A stretch of DNA of 45,386 bases, taken from contig JAJYDU010000002.1 in the NCBI GenBank assembly GCA_021790475.1, positions 1 to 45,386 of the forward strand, given 5' to 3'. This DNA is from Planctomycetota bacterium (lineage in GTDB: Bacteria > Planctomycetota > Phycisphaerae > WQYP01). The notes below the pieces were generated by a model. The model was not told the DNA's origin and made no database searches. It saw only the letters and a program-made list of their open reading frames with translations. The stretch's first letter is position 1. Every line of letters begins with the position of its first letter. Below, in pieces: positions 1 to 9,420 of this stretch. Position numbers and translations under genes: made by a program.

Positions 1-102
1 CGTCGCCACAGCAAAGATTATGAAGCCCTGACCGCCAGCAGCCAAGCGATGATCCTTATCTCGATGATCAATCTCATGCTTCATCGGTTGGCGCCAGGGT
101 AA
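1..102 (+). mobile_element. 3' end of an IS5/IS4-type DDE transposase gene (last 33 codons; the rest lies left of the window)
   Basis: Frame 1 reads RRHSKDYEALTASSQAMILISMINLMLHRLAPG-stop. The R-x-SKDYE ... LML-x-RL tail is the conserved C-terminus I recognise from IS5-family (DDE_Tnp_1) transposases. The IS end should lie within a few tens of bp after the stop but cannot be defined without the other end. Confidence 0.55.
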
Positions 103-235
103 AACGGCTTCTCACACAGGCTCTTAGAATTGTTCCCCGGCCGGTCAAGCCGTTCGCGTGAAGGACGGGTGCAGCTAACACGCTGTCAAGCGGGACATTT
201 GCGGATTGTTAGAGAAAATGTTAACATAATAGTCT

Positions 236-1780
236 ATGGTTGTATCCGGAAAATCCAGGCTTCGCAGCAAAGGTGGGCGAACCGCCGCCCGCCATACTGT
301 TGAAAAAAAGCGTCATATTAAGTTGAAAAAAGCCGGGCGCGCGGGCGCCAACGGCCATCGTAAACCGGTTCCGGAGCGCCGGGATCAGCGCCAGGCGGCG
401 GACCGGTTGAGCCGGGAGAATCGCGCGTATCAACTGGCCCTGGAATTTCTTCGTCAACAAACGGATTACGAGCGGATGCGCATCGTCCGATACAACACCA
501 CCACGTTTGACCTGGACCGGATGCGCCGGCTGCTCAAGTTGTTGGGTGATCCGCACCTGCGGTTCAAGACCGCGCATGTGGCCGGGACCAAGGGCAAAGG
601 CAGCACGTGTCACATGCTGGCCAGCATGCTGCAAAGCGCCGGGTTCAAAACGGGTCTGTATACCAGTCCCCATCTGATTGATATTCGCGAACGTATTCGG
701 ATCAACGGGCAGATGATTTCGCGGGGCGAGGTGATTCGTCTGGTACGGCGGGTCGAAACCGCTCTGGCCAAAATGCGTTATGATCATCCGACTTTCTTTG
801 AAATATTCACCGCCATCGGATTTTGTTACTTTGCCAATCAGCGGGTGGACATCGCCGTAATTGAAACCGGCCTGGGCGGCCGGCTGGATTCAACCAATGT
901 CATTATGCCGGAAGTCACCGCCATCACCAGCATCAGCATGGATCATGCGTCGGTGTTGGGCAATACCCTGGCGAAAATTGCCGCGGAAAAGGCCGGCATC
1001 TTCAAGCAAAATGTGCCGGCGCTCTCCTGCATTCAGCCGCCGGAGGTTCAGACTGTTCTGGAAACAGTGGCGCGGCGGGTGCGCGCGCCGCTGGAGTTTG
1101 TCGGCCGGGACATTGAATTCAGCCATCGTTTTGAAGTCACCCGCGCGCACGGGCCGCACGTGCGCGTATCGCTGGCCACCGCGCGGTCGCGGTTTGAACA
1201 TCTGATGGTTCCGCTGCTCGGCGAGCATCAGGCGATCAACTGCGGTTTGGCGCTGGCCATGCTTGATAAGCTCAAGACCCGGGGATTGCGCTTTGATGAC
1301 GCCCAGGCTGTCGCCGGCCTGCAGCGCGTGGATTTGTCCGGGCGGCTCGAACTGGTTTGGCGCGATCCGCGCGTGATCATCGACGGCGCCCACAACGCCG
1401 CCTCCATCCAGGCGTTGTTCCGGGGAATCAGCCAGTACATTCCGTATGACAGCATGGTGGTTATCTTCGGCTGTAACAGCGACAAGGACATCGACGGAAT
1501 ACTCGAGCAGGTGTCGCTCGGAGCGGACAAGGTTATTTTTACCCGAGCGCATAATAATCCGAAAAGTGTTCCACCCGAAGAGCTTTCCGCTATTTACGTG
1601 GAGCGGTTTGGGAAAATGGCCCAGGCGGCGGCGAACTTCCGGGAGGCCATGGAAATAGCGGCGCGCGCCATCACCCGCGAAGATCTGGTCGCGGTAACCG
1701 GATCGTTCTATCTCATCGGCGAAGCCAAACAATTTTTTCTGGATCGAGCCGCGCACCGCGCCGGGATATACGACAACTGA
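236..1780 (+). CDS. folC: Folylpolyglutamate synthase / dihydrofolate synthase (Mur-ligase family)
   Basis: P-loop HVAGTKGKGST, IETGLGGRLDSTN and IIDGAHNAAS blocks, with FolC-like length after the P-loop. The basic N-terminal ~60 residues of the ORF may not be translated, so the true start is possibly later. Confidence 0.9.
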   Translation: MVVSGKSRLRSKGGRTAARHTVEKKRHIKLKKAGRAGANGHRKPVPERRDQRQAADRLSRENRAYQLALEFLRQQTDYERMRIVRYNTTTFDLDRMRRLLKLLGDPHLRFKTAHVAGTKGKGSTCHMLASMLQSAGFKTGLYTSPHLIDIRERIRINGQMISRGEVIRLVRRVETALAKMRYDHPTFFEIFTAIGFCYFANQRVDIAVIETGLGGRLDSTNVIMPEVTAITSISMDHASVLGNTLAKIAAEKAGIFKQNVPALSCIQPPEVQTVLETVARRVRAPLEFVGRDIEFSHRFEVTRAHGPHVRVSLATARSRFEHLMVPLLGEHQAINCGLALAMLDKLKTRGLRFDDAQAVAGLQRVDLSGRLELVWRDPRVIIDGAHNAASIQALFRGISQYIPYDSMVVIFGCNSDKDIDGILEQVSLGADKVIFTRAHNNPKSVPPEELSAIYVERFGKMAQAAANFREAMEIAARAITREDLVAVTGSFYLIGEAKQFFLDRAAHRAGIYDN

Positions 1781-2199
1781 TTTTCCTTCCCGCCGGGGAA
1801 CCGTGCCGTCCTGTTTCCCCGGAAAATATCTTTTACATACGCTCCGGGGCGTCCGATATTTGACGCCGTGTGCGCCGCGAAAATTCATGGTGATAGCGAT
1901 ATTCACGTAAAGTCATTTCGGGGAATCTGCGCAACTTCAGGTTCAAACGATAAAAAGCCGATAAGTAGTTTGAATTAGTCGGGGGCGTTTGGCGGTGCGA
2001 GTCGAGCAATCGAATGCGGTGCGGACGGAACCGACGTCCGTTCGCCCGCTCGCGTTGACCACGACGCCTGTCCGCGAACATGAATAAGTGAGCCGAGATG
2101 GATGTGGCTCGGAAATTGGTCGGAAACCCGACCGTATGGCCGCGGCTCCGCGCCGAGGATGGTGGGGGCTTGCGCATCCGGTCACGAGGCGTATTGCTC

Positions 2200-3231
2200 A
2201 TGGATACGGTTACTCTGCCCCAGCGCGTTGTGGAATTCCTGAATTATCTGCAATTCGAGCGGCATTTCTCGAATTACACCAGCAAATGCTACAGCGCCGA
2301 TTTACGCCAGTTCGGACGATTCCTGGCGGGACTGCCTGATACATTCACGCTGCCCGGCGGCCATCCGGTGATCCCGCCTTCGACTTCAAACATCAATGAT
2401 CACGCTCCGGTTGTTCCCGAACCTCCGCCGGAAGATATCGAACGGCTTCTGTTGAACTCGAACGCCGACGACGTACGGAATTATCTCCGCCACATGCGCG
2501 AGCATGATTATTCCAAGGCGACGGTTGCCCGTAAGCTGGCCACTCTTCGCAGTTTCTTCAAATTTCTCAATAAACGCGGCTTGACCGGCAACAACCCGAT
2601 GCTGACGATCCGGACTCCCAAGCTGGAAAAACGCCTGCCCCGGTTCATGACCGAAGAGCAGGTTACCCAGCTTCTGGGGACTCCCAAAGATACCGATCTG
2701 CTCGGCGCCCGCGACAAGGCCATGCTTGAAGTAATTTACAGCAGTGGTTTGCGTGTGAGCGAGCTTGTCGGTTTGAATATACAGGATGTGGATTTTGTTG
2801 GAGCCGCGCTTAAAGTTCGTGGAAAAGGCCGCAAGGAACGTCTGACTCCGGTTGGCCGGACCGCCCTGGCGGCGATTGAGAAATACGTGCGGATGCGCGG
2901 CGCTGCGAACTCCGACGACCCGACCGGCGTGCCTTTGTTCATCAACAAACACGGCCAGCGTCTGAGCACGCGTTCCGTCCGCCGCAAACTCGATAAATAC
3001 CTCATCGAGGCGCATCTGGACCTGGATATCAGCCCCCATACGCTACGGCATAGCTTCGCCACGCACATGCTCAACCATGGCGCGGACCTGCGGGCGGTCC
3101 AGGAGCTGCTCGGCCACCAGAGTCTGAGCACCACCCAGATATACACGCACCTGACTACCAAGCGACTCCAGGATTCCTATGAAAAGGCCCACCCCCGGGC
3201 CAACGAGTCGCACGAACCAGCCGGGTCGTAG
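2200..3231 (+). CDS. Tyrosine site-specific recombinase, XerC/XerD type
   Basis: N-terminal SAM-like core-binding block (FLNYLQFERHFSNYTSKCYSADLRQF ... ATVARKLATLRSFFKFL). Catalytic blocks GLRVSELVGL, HTLRHSFATHML and LLGHQSLSTTQIYTH. The ORF opens at 2098; the ATG at 2200 (MDTVTLPQR) fits the family N-terminus better. Confidence 0.9.
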   Translation: MDTVTLPQRVVEFLNYLQFERHFSNYTSKCYSADLRQFGRFLAGLPDTFTLPGGHPVIPPSTSNINDHAPVVPEPPPEDIERLLLNSNADDVRNYLRHMREHDYSKATVARKLATLRSFFKFLNKRGLTGNNPMLTIRTPKLEKRLPRFMTEEQVTQLLGTPKDTDLLGARDKAMLEVIYSSGLRVSELVGLNIQDVDFVGAALKVRGKGRKERLTPVGRTALAAIEKYVRMRGAANSDDPTGVPLFINKHGQRLSTRSVRRKLDKYLIEAHLDLDISPHTLRHSFATHMLNHGADLRAVQELLGHQSLSTTQIYTHLTTKRLQDSYEKAHPRANESHEPAGS

Positions 3232-3251
3232 TCATAGTTTCCCGATAACAC

Positions 3252-3301
3252 AACAACAGGGCCGCGGCGGATGGCCTCTTAAGCGGCGGCCCTGTTGTTT
3301 T
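3252..3301. terminator. Bidirectional intrinsic terminator-like hairpin between convergent xer and ffh
   Basis: A 14-bp perfect stem, aacaacagggccgc (3252-3265) pairing with gcggccctgttgtt (3286-3299). A T-run follows on the + strand, and the hairpin lies 7 nt from the ffh stop on the other side. Confidence 0.6.
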
Positions 3302-3307
3302 ATGAAT

Positions 3308-4762
3308 TTATTGTCCACGCCGGCGCTTATCCCGCAGGCGGCGTTTCTGTTGCGGCGTTAACCGCCCGCCGCGCGGCTTGCATCCATCCGTAGGTATGGG
3401 CAATTCGCCGGCGGCCAGAGCTTGCATGTCCATCGTGCCAAAACTCTGCATCAGGCGCATGCGCCCGCCCATGGAAAGTCCGCCCAATTTCTTCGCCATA
3501 TCGCGCGCCGCGGCGAAACCCTTGATCAGTCGTGAAACATCTTCGGTCGCCGCGCCGGATCCGCGGGCGATGCGCCGACGGCGCGAACCGTCCACCATAT
3601 CCGGATTTTCACGCTCCCTGCGGGTCATGCTTTGAATAATCGCTTCAACGCGGTCCAGCTCTTCTTCCGTAACTTGCGCGTTCTTAAGCGCTGCGCCGGC
3701 GCCGGGCAACATTCCCAGTACCTGCTTCATCGGCCCCATTTTCCGGAGGGATCGCATCTGGTCGAGAAAATCATCCAGCGTGAATGTGGCTTTGGCCAGT
3801 TTTTCCTGCATCCGGGCCATTCTGGTCTGGTCGAATTCCTGTTGGGTCTTTTCCACCAGCGTGAGAACGTCGCCCATGCCCAGCATGCGCTGGGCGATAC
3901 GATCCGGATGGAACTCTTCGAGCATCTGGAGTTTCTCGCCCACGCCGAGAAATTTGATTGGTTTGCCGGTGATGGCCTTGACCGACAGCGCCGCGCCGCC
4001 GCGGGTGTCCGAATCGAACTTGGTAAGAATCACACCATCGAGTTCCAGTTGGGTATTGAAGGCGCGGGCGGAATTGACGGCGTCCTGGCCGACCATGGAA
4101 TCGACCACAAGGTAAATTTGATGCGGCTTGACCACCTGGCCGATCTGCCGGAGCTGATCCATCAGAGGAGTGTCCAGATGCAGGCGGCCGGCGGTGTCGA
4201 GAATAACCACATCTCGGCCATTTTGGCGGGCGGAATCGACAGCCCGGCGGCAGATACTCACGGGACCGGCCTGCGGATCCTCCCGATAAACCGGCGTTTC
4301 AATCTGTCCGCCCAGCGCGACCAGTTGATCGATGGCGGCGGGGCGCTGGGTATCGGCCGCCACCAGCAGTGGATTTTTCCCCTTGCTTTTCAGGTAGAGG
4401 GCCAATTTGCCGCAGGTGGTCGTTTTTCCCGACCCTTGCAGGCCGCACATCATGATGATGGTGGGGGGGGGATCGACAAAATACATGCGGGTATCGACCG
4501 GTCCCATGAGGGCGACCAGCTCGTCGAAGACGATTTTGACCATCTGTTCGCCGGGCTGGAGCGAGGCGATGACTTGCGCGCCAATGGATTTCTCCAGCAC
4601 CCGCCGGGTGAAATCCTGCACCACTTCATAATGAACATCCGCCTCCAGCAGGGCGTTGCGGATGTCGTCCATCGCCGCCCGGACATTTTGCGCGCTGATA
4701 CGTCCGCGGCCGGACAGGTTGCGCAGCAGGTTTGAAAAACTCTCGGTAAGATTCTCGAACAT
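3308..4762 (-). CDS. ffh: Signal recognition particle protein Ffh
   Basis: N domain, an SRP GTPase G domain (GLQGSGKTTTCGKLA, DTAGR, TKFDSDTRGG) and a Met-rich M domain with a basic tail. Confidence 0.95.
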   Translation of the reverse strand: MFENLTESFSNLLRNLSGRGRISAQNVRAAMDDIRNALLEADVHYEVVQDFTRRVLEKSIGAQVIASLQPGEQMVKIVFDELVALMGPVDTRMYFVDPPPTIIMMCGLQGSGKTTTCGKLALYLKSKGKNPLLVAADTQRPAAIDQLVALGGQIETPVYREDPQAGPVSICRRAVDSARQNGRDVVILDTAGRLHLDTPLMDQLRQIGQVVKPHQIYLVVDSMVGQDAVNSARAFNTQLELDGVILTKFDSDTRGGAALSVKAITGKPIKFLGVGEKLQMLEEFHPDRIAQRMLGMGDVLTLVEKTQQEFDQTRMARMQEKLAKATFTLDDFLDQMRSLRKMGPMKQVLGMLPGAGAALKNAQVTEEELDRVEAIIQSMTRRERENPDMVDGSRRRRIARGSGAATEDVSRLIKGFAAARDMAKKLGGLSMGGRMRLMQSFGTMDMQALAAGELPIPTDGCKPRGGRLTPQQKRRLRDKRRRGQ

Positions 4763-4810
4763 CTGATTTCTCCCGGCTCGATCGCCGTGCGGCGCCGGCT
4801 CCCGTTAACT

Positions 4811-6067
4811 TTACTTGTTGACCACCGGAAGGGCGATACCGCCGGATGCGCCGGTCGTTTTTTCAGCGGTTATTTTGGCGTAACCGGAACCAGGTTCGCC
4901 TGTCGGATCCGGAGGAATGATATCCACCACCTTCTCGCCCAGGCGAGCCTTGCCGGCTCGCACCTTTTCTTCAAATGCCTGGCAGTGCTCCAAAAGGGTA
5001 TCGAGAATCCGGTCCTCCGGCACATTGGCCACCTTTTCACCCTGCACGTAAATGATGCCGCGTTTGTCGCCGGCGAAAATCGCCACGTCCGCTCCCTCGC
5101 ACTCGCCCGGACCGTTCACCACACAGCCCATCACCGCCACCTTCATGGGCAGGGTTATTTCCTGCTTGAGTTTGCGGTTTACCTGCTGCACCAGCGTGAA
5201 CAGGTCCACCTGGATGCGCCCGCAGGTGGGACAGGCGATCAGTTCCGCGCCCCGGCGCTGGCGCAAGCCCAGTACATAGAGCAGCTCCAGGCCATCCTGC
5301 ACCTCGTAAACCGGATCGCTGGCGTAACTGATGCGAATGGTGTCGCCGACGCCGCTGGCCAGCAGGGTTCCCAACGGCGCCACGCTGCGAATAGTTCCGG
5401 TTTCCCTCGGTCCGGCATGAGTTACGCCCAGGTGCAGCGGATGATCGAATCGCCGGGAAATTTCGCTGTAGGCGTCGATGACCAGCAGCGGATCGATTGA
5501 TTTGGCGGAAATCACGATGTCGTAAAAATTTCGATTGTAGAAAATATCCAGGTATTCTTCGAGTTTGCTGATCATGATTGCCAGCAACCGGCCGTGCCGG
5601 TTGTCGCCGAATACCGCGCCCAGTTCGCGCCGGCGCTTCTGCTTGTCGCGCCGCTCCACGATGGATCCTTCATTCACACCCACGCGGATGGGCAGACTCC
5701 GTTCGCGGCAGGCGTCGATAACCATTTCCACCTGTTTGCGGTCGTTGATATTGCCGGGATTCAGGCGTATTTTGCTTACGCCCGCCGCAATCGCCTCCAG
5801 CGCCCGCTGAAAATGGAAGTGCACGTCGGCCACAATGGGTACGCTTACCTGTTTGATGATTTCCGGGAGAGCTTCGGTGTCTTTTCGTTCCGGCACGGCC
5901 ACGCGCACAATGTCCGCCCCGGCCGCGGCAAGTTTGTTGATCTCGCGCACGCAGTTGTCGATGTCATGCGTGTAACCGCTGGTCATCGACTGCACCGTCA
6001 CGGGAGCGCCGCCGCCGATAAGAACATTGCCCACTTTTACCTGCCGGGTCTTGCGCCGGGAAATCAT
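4811..6067 (-). CDS. ispG: 4-hydroxy-3-methylbut-2-en-1-yl diphosphate synthase (IspG/GcpE)
   Basis: RRKTRQVKVGNVLIGGGAPVTVQSMT N-terminus and the C-terminal Fe-S Cys motifs (ACPTCGR ... MGCVVNGPGE). The ATG at 6067 is preceded by GAGGAA; the ORF track start at 6115 adds 16 unlikely residues. Confidence 0.93.
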   Translation of the reverse strand: MISRRKTRQVKVGNVLIGGGAPVTVQSMTSGYTHDIDNCVREINKLAAAGADIVRVAVPERKDTEALPEIIKQVSVPIVADVHFHFQRALEAIAAGVSKIRLNPGNINDRKQVEMVIDACRERSLPIRVGVNEGSIVERRDKQKRRRELGAVFGDNRHGRLLAIMISKLEEYLDIFYNRNFYDIVISAKSIDPLLVIDAYSEISRRFDHPLHLGVTHAGPRETGTIRSVAPLGTLLASGVGDTIRISYASDPVYEVQDGLELLYVLGLRQRRGAELIACPTCGRIQVDLFTLVQQVNRKLKQEITLPMKVAVMGCVVNGPGECEGADVAIFAGDKRGIIYVQGEKVANVPEDRILDTLLEHCQAFEEKVRAGKARLGEKVVDIIPPDPTGEPGSGYAKITAEKTTGASGGIALPVVNK

Positions 6068-6177
6068 AATTATGGTTCCTCTTATTGTTGCCGCGTAAGA
6101 GCGCGTACAAAACAATATATTCTAGCGGCAAATGGCCGTGAACCAAAGCTCCGCCGGCAATTGTGCGCGTTTTTGTT

Positions 6178-7161
6178 TTACTGATAGCCGTTCGGGTGCG
6201 CCTGGAACCAGCGCCAAGCCGACTCCACAATCACATGCAGGTCGGTAATTTTCGCCTTCCAGTGAAAATCGCGGGCCATGCCCTCGGGCGAGGCGAAAAG
6301 CGCCGGTGGATCGCCGGGGCGGCGCGCAACCTGGCGCGTTGCGATGTCTTTACCCGTAACCGCCCGGCAAGCGTCGATTACTTCCCGCACGGAATAGCCC
6401 CGCCCCACGCCCAGGTTGTAAAACAGTCCCCGGCCAGGCTGGAGATTTTCCAGCAATACCAGGTGCGCCTCGGCCAGGTCCCACACGTGAATATAATCGC
6501 GAACGCAGGTGCCGTCGGGCGTGGGGTAATCCGTACCGAAGATTTCCATGCTTGGACGCCGCCCCATGGCCACCTGGAGCACAATGGGAAGCAGGTGAGT
6601 TTCGGGGCGATGATCTTCCCCGATGGTTCCATCGAGCGCCGCGCCGGCAACGTTGAAGTAACGCGGCGCGGCGAATGCCAGATTTTCCGCCCTGGCCACA
6701 TCCAGCAGGATGTGTTCCACCATCAGCTTGGATTGGCCGTAGGGGCTGATGGGGCGTTGCGGCATGTCTTCCGTGATGGGGACCTTTTCCGGTTCGCCGT
6801 AGGTGGCGCAGGTGCTGGAAAAAACCAGCTTCTTGATGCCGGCAAGGTGCATCGCATCCAACATGCCGATGGTGTTGGCGACGTTGTTGCGGTAATACTT
6901 TCGTGGATCAGCCACGCTTTCGTCGACGTAGGCGCTGGCGGCGAAGTGCATGACCGCCTCTATTTTTTCGGTCATGAATACCGCCGCTAGCCGCGCCACG
7001 TTGGCGCAGTCCAGCACCACCAGTTTCGCCTTTGGATGAACCGCCGCGCGATGGCCCATTCCCAGGTTGTCAATTGCGATGACGCGGTGGCCGCGTTCCA
7101 CCAGCAGCTTGACCGCATGGGACCCGATATAACCCGCCCCGCCAATGACCGCGATATTCAT
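6178..7161 (-). CDS. galE: UDP-glucose 4-epimerase
   Basis: MNIAVIGGAGYIGSH Rossmann start, a YGQSK catalytic Y-x-x-x-K and typical length (327 aa). Confidence 0.93.
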   Translation of the reverse strand: MNIAVIGGAGYIGSHAVKLLVERGHRVIAIDNLGMGHRAAVHPKAKLVVLDCANVARLAAVFMTEKIEAVMHFAASAYVDESVADPRKYYRNNVANTIGMLDAMHLAGIKKLVFSSTCATYGEPEKVPITEDMPQRPISPYGQSKLMVEHILLDVARAENLAFAAPRYFNVAGAALDGTIGEDHRPETHLLPIVLQVAMGRRPSMEIFGTDYPTPDGTCVRDYIHVWDLAEAHLVLLENLQPGRGLFYNLGVGRGYSVREVIDACRAVTGKDIATRQVARRPGDPPALFASPEGMARDFHWKAKITDLHVIVESAWRWFQAHPNGYQ

Positions 7162-7292
7162 GGAATCTCCTTACGTTGGTTACGGAGCCATAAGATAATT
7201 TCCCCACCGTCAGATGTAAAACGTTCGTGTGCGCTGCGGCGGCGCGGCAAAGGTTGGGCATGGTGTGGGTCAAGTATTTTGCCGGAAGGGAA

Positions 7293-7332
7293 GCGACGGC
7301 GCCGCAGCTCTACTCTCAACTTTCTACTTTCC
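7293..7332 (-). repeat. Orphan copy A of the ~41-bp PEP-CTERM tail repeat
   Basis: The minus strand reads ...AAAGTAGAAAGTTGA (K-V-E-S-stop) followed by AGAGTAGAGCTGCGGCGCC. It is homologous to the true 3' ends of the genes ending at 8634 and 9580 but lies in non-coding DNA. Confidence 0.8.
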
Positions 7333-7434
7333 TCCCGCGGCACCGCGGACGTGATATTTGACAGCGCGGCGGAGTCATGTACCGCAGGCGTCCCGCCTGC
7401 ACCGGGCAGGCAAGATGCCTGCGCTACAAGAATT

Positions 7435-7472
7435 GGCGGCGCCGCCGTTCTGCTTTCAACTCTCTACTTTCT
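7435..7472 (-). repeat. Orphan copy B of the PEP-CTERM tail repeat
   Basis: ggcggcgccgccgttctgctttcaactctctactttct. The minus strand again contains AAAGTAGAGAGTTGA (K-V-E-S-stop), outside any ORF. Confidence 0.8.
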
Positions 7473-7481
7473 TTCGCCTCA

Positions 7482-7508
7482 GCCCGGCCCGCACCGTGCG
7501 GGCCGGGC
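7482..7508 (-). terminator. GC-rich perfect hairpin downstream of PEP-CTERM gene 1
   Basis: gcccggcccgcac-c-gtgcgggccgggc has 13-nt perfect inverted arms and sits 15 nt after the stop of 7523..8401. No U-tract follows, so the terminator function is inferred. The 19-nt core cccgcaccgtgcgggccgg recurs at 8460-8478. Confidence 0.45.
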
Positions 7509-7522
7509 AAAAGTGAATAGAC

Positions 7523-8401
7523 TTACGCTATTGCCTTCCGTCTGCGTTTGAGCAGCAATCCCAATCCACCAACCGCCAGCAGCGACAAGGTGGCCGGTTC
7601 GGGAGTGGCGGAAACCGTTTCGGTGGCGCCGGGCCCAAGAGAACCAGGGTCCGGTAGGGGAGTAAACGGTGAACCTGGCTGGCCGGGAGGTGGTGTGGAC
7701 CCGAAATTCAGACTATCAAGCGGAATTTGCGCGTCACTGAAAAAGTACCCATAGTCACCTGGTACTATCGTGTCGGCAGTGTTATTGGTTAGAGTCACGT
7801 CGGCTGTATCGCCGGTGAGGTACGGAAATTCATACCATTGGCCCGTTGTCAGGTTGCTTGTCGTGTCCGTACCTTCTAAAAATATCGTGAGATATTTACT
7901 TGGGGTGGTAGGTTGGGTCCAGACCGGGACGACATCGACTACCGGCATAACATTAGAGGTGCCCGTGGTTGGCACTGGGGTCCAGAATTCACCGATGGGG
8001 GCCATCCAAGGGCAAGTGGTGCTGACGGAACCGGTAATTCCAAAGTGGGCCGTGGGCGGCGGGCCCAACTGATAATTTGCCCACGACGAGGGTGCACCGT
8101 AGGAACCTGAACTGCCCGAAAACTCCACGGTAGTCGTCGCACCGTTGGTGCTAACAGCTATGGGGTTGGGATTTAGGAATGGATCTGTACCGGAGTTGAT
8201 GGCTTGCGAACCGATGCAATCTGTTTGGTTGCCTTGGAAACTCACCTCGAAGTTGCTCCAACTCCCTTGAGGGATTGGGACAAAAGAGTTCCACAGTTCG
8301 TTTGCAAAGCTTGACTGCGGTGTGGCCACGAACATTGCAATGACCCCCGCCGCGCCCAGACCGAGCATGGTTTTAGTGGTAGATAGTTTGTTCTTAAACA
8401 T
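7523..8401 (-). CDS. PEP-CTERM sorting-domain secreted protein (gene 1 of array)
   Basis: Signal peptide (MFKNKLSTTKTMLGLGAAGVIAMFVATPQSSFA), a Thr/Pro/Gly-rich body and the C-terminal sequence PEPATLSLLAVGGLGLLLKRRRKAIA (PEP motif + TM + basic tail). AAGGAG lies upstream of the ATG. Confidence 0.85.
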   Translation of the reverse strand: MFKNKLSTTKTMLGLGAAGVIAMFVATPQSSFANELWNSFVPIPQGSWSNFEVSFQGNQTDCIGSQAINSGTDPFLNPNPIAVSTNGATTTVEFSGSSGSYGAPSSWANYQLGPPPTAHFGITGSVSTTCPWMAPIGEFWTPVPTTGTSNVMPVVDVVPVWTQPTTPSKYLTIFLEGTDTTSNLTTGQWYEFPYLTGDTADVTLTNNTADTIVPGDYGYFFSDAQIPLDSLNFGSTPPPGQPGSPFTPLPDPGSLGPGATETVSATPEPATLSLLAVGGLGLLLKRRRKAIA

Positions 8402-8459
8402 GATTTACTCCTTGTTGTGCATGTCGGACGACATAGTCCGGTTTTGTTTTTTTATTCGA

Positions 8460-8478
8460 CCCGCACCGTGCGGGCCGG
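8460..8478 (-). terminator. Second copy of the cccgcaccgtgcgggccgg hairpin core
   Basis: A 7-bp stem, cccgcac/gtgcggg, lies between PEP-CTERM genes 2 and 1 with the same core as 7488-7506. It is flanked by an A/T run (gttttgtttttttatt on the + strand). Confidence 0.35.
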
Positions 8479-8565
8479 AACTTACCTGTAGCAGGCTCTC
8501 TCGCCTGCATTTGTTTCGCGAGCTATCGCCCGCCTATCCCATATCCGCTCCGAGATACCTCCTTT

Positions 8566-8606
8566 CGCGGCGCAGCCGCCGTTCTACTCTCAACTTTCTA
8601 CTCTCC
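8566..8606 (-). repeat. Orphan copy C of the PEP-CTERM tail repeat
   Basis: cgcggcgcagccgccgttctactctcaactttctactctcc lies immediately downstream of copy D. The minus strand retains GTAGAAAGTTGA (V-E-S-stop). Confidence 0.85.
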
Positions 8607-8609
8607 GCC

Positions 8610-8650
8610 CGCGGCGCAGCCGCCGCTCTGCTTTCAACTCTCTACTTTCC
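8610..8650 (-). repeat. Copy D of the tail repeat, used as the real 3' end of PEP-CTERM gene 2
   Basis: cgcggcgcagccgccgctctgctttcaactctctactttcc. The part from 8634 onward encodes ...RKVES-stop of CDS 8634..9266. Confidence 0.85.
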
Positions 8651-9266
8651 TTCTCCTGCGCATCAGCAATCCCGGCCCGCCAACCGCCAGCAACGCCACG
8701 GTGGCCGGTTCGGGCACGACCTGGACGATAAACTTATAACCATTAAGTCCATCGCTGAACGGACCGGCATGATAAACTTCTGATGTCCGCACTGGCGTTC
8801 CCGGAAAGTAGACGGAATCTCCGTAGACGGAACTTGGCGAATCCGGCGTGACGAAAGAGAATCCGGGTAGCGTGTTGCCCTCCGCCAGGTAGCTTCCTGA
8901 ACCGGTCGCCTGCCATTCAATCGAAGCGCCCTTTTCTCCCAGTGATCCGCCGACACTTTGTGAATCCGGACCATCTTCCCAGCCCGTCGGCGCGGATACA
9001 TTGATGGGATTGCTTTGCAGGTAGCTCTGCCCCGGAATCCACGCGAACCAGAAAGTGCCGACCGTGCTGCCATCAGTGCTGGTGTTGGTCAGCGCAAGAT
9101 CGTAAGTATATTGCGTCTGGCCGCTGACCACCTGGCTGGAGGCCAGGGTGATGGTGGCGGTGGCGATTTCCGAGCCGCAGGCCGGCGCGGCTGCCGCCGC
9201 GGTTATACCCGCGGCCAATAATGTGGCGCTACCGTAGAGATACTTCCAACTTCTTTGCTTACGCAT
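8634..9266 (-). CDS. PEP-CTERM sorting-domain secreted protein (gene 2)
   Basis: The C-terminus is VPEPATVALLAVGGPGLLMRRRRKVES. The ATG at 9266 (MRKQRSWKYLYGSATLLAAG...) sits 6 nt after GAGGAGG; the ORF-track start at 9281 is the GTG inside that Shine-Dalgarno region. Confidence 0.85.
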   Translation of the reverse strand: MRKQRSWKYLYGSATLLAAGITAAAAAPACGSEIATATITLASSQVVSGQTQYTYDLALTNTSTDGSTVGTFWFAWIPGQSYLQSNPINVSAPTGWEDGPDSQSVGGSLGEKGASIEWQATGSGSYLAEGNTLPGFSFVTPDSPSSVYGDSVYFPGTPVRTSEVYHAGPFSDGLNGYKFIVQVVPEPATVALLAVGGPGLLMRRRRKVES

Positions 9267-9345
9267 GAAATTCCTCCTCACAAAGAAATATGCTTTCGCG
9301 CGGCCTCCGGCGTGCGCCGGAAGAAAAGCCGCTTATATATGCCTG
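9267..9345 (-). promoter_or_regulatory. Conserved leader module L1 (RBS, palindrome, TATATAA box) upstream of PEP-CTERM gene 2
   Basis: The minus strand reads CATATATAAGCGGCTTTTCTTCCGGCGCACGCCGGAGGCCGCGCGAAAGCATATTTCTTTGTGAGGAGGAATTTC-ATG. It is nearly identical to the sequences at 10501-10580 and 11787-11860. The palindrome CCGGCG-NN-CGCCGG is at 9304-9323. Confidence 0.6.
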
Positions 9346-9393
9346 TCGACCAACGGCCACGCGCGCAGCCCCTTACCGTTCCGCGGTCTGAAA

Positions 9394-9420
9394 GCGGCGG
9401 CGGACGTTTCCGCCGGCCGC
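9394..9420 (-). terminator. GC hairpin followed by TTT on the minus strand, downstream of PEP-CTERM gene 3
   Basis: gcggcggcgg-acgttt-ccgccggccgc gives a ~10-bp stem with one bulge. The minus-strand continuation is TTTCAGACC. It is conserved at 10629-10655. Confidence 0.4.

Noticed and set aside
205-245. dif-like XerC/D site around aaaatgttaacataatagtc
   Set aside because: Only the TTATGTTAA half resembles the XerD arm of E. coli dif. The would-be XerC arm and central region do not match, and the similarity is centred on a simple GTTAAC palindrome.
3632-4735. 367-aa ORF on the + strand
   Set aside because: It lies entirely antisense to the well-supported ffh gene. The translation is low-complexity (Gly/Ala/Arg/His-rich) with no motifs, a typical high-GC shadow ORF.
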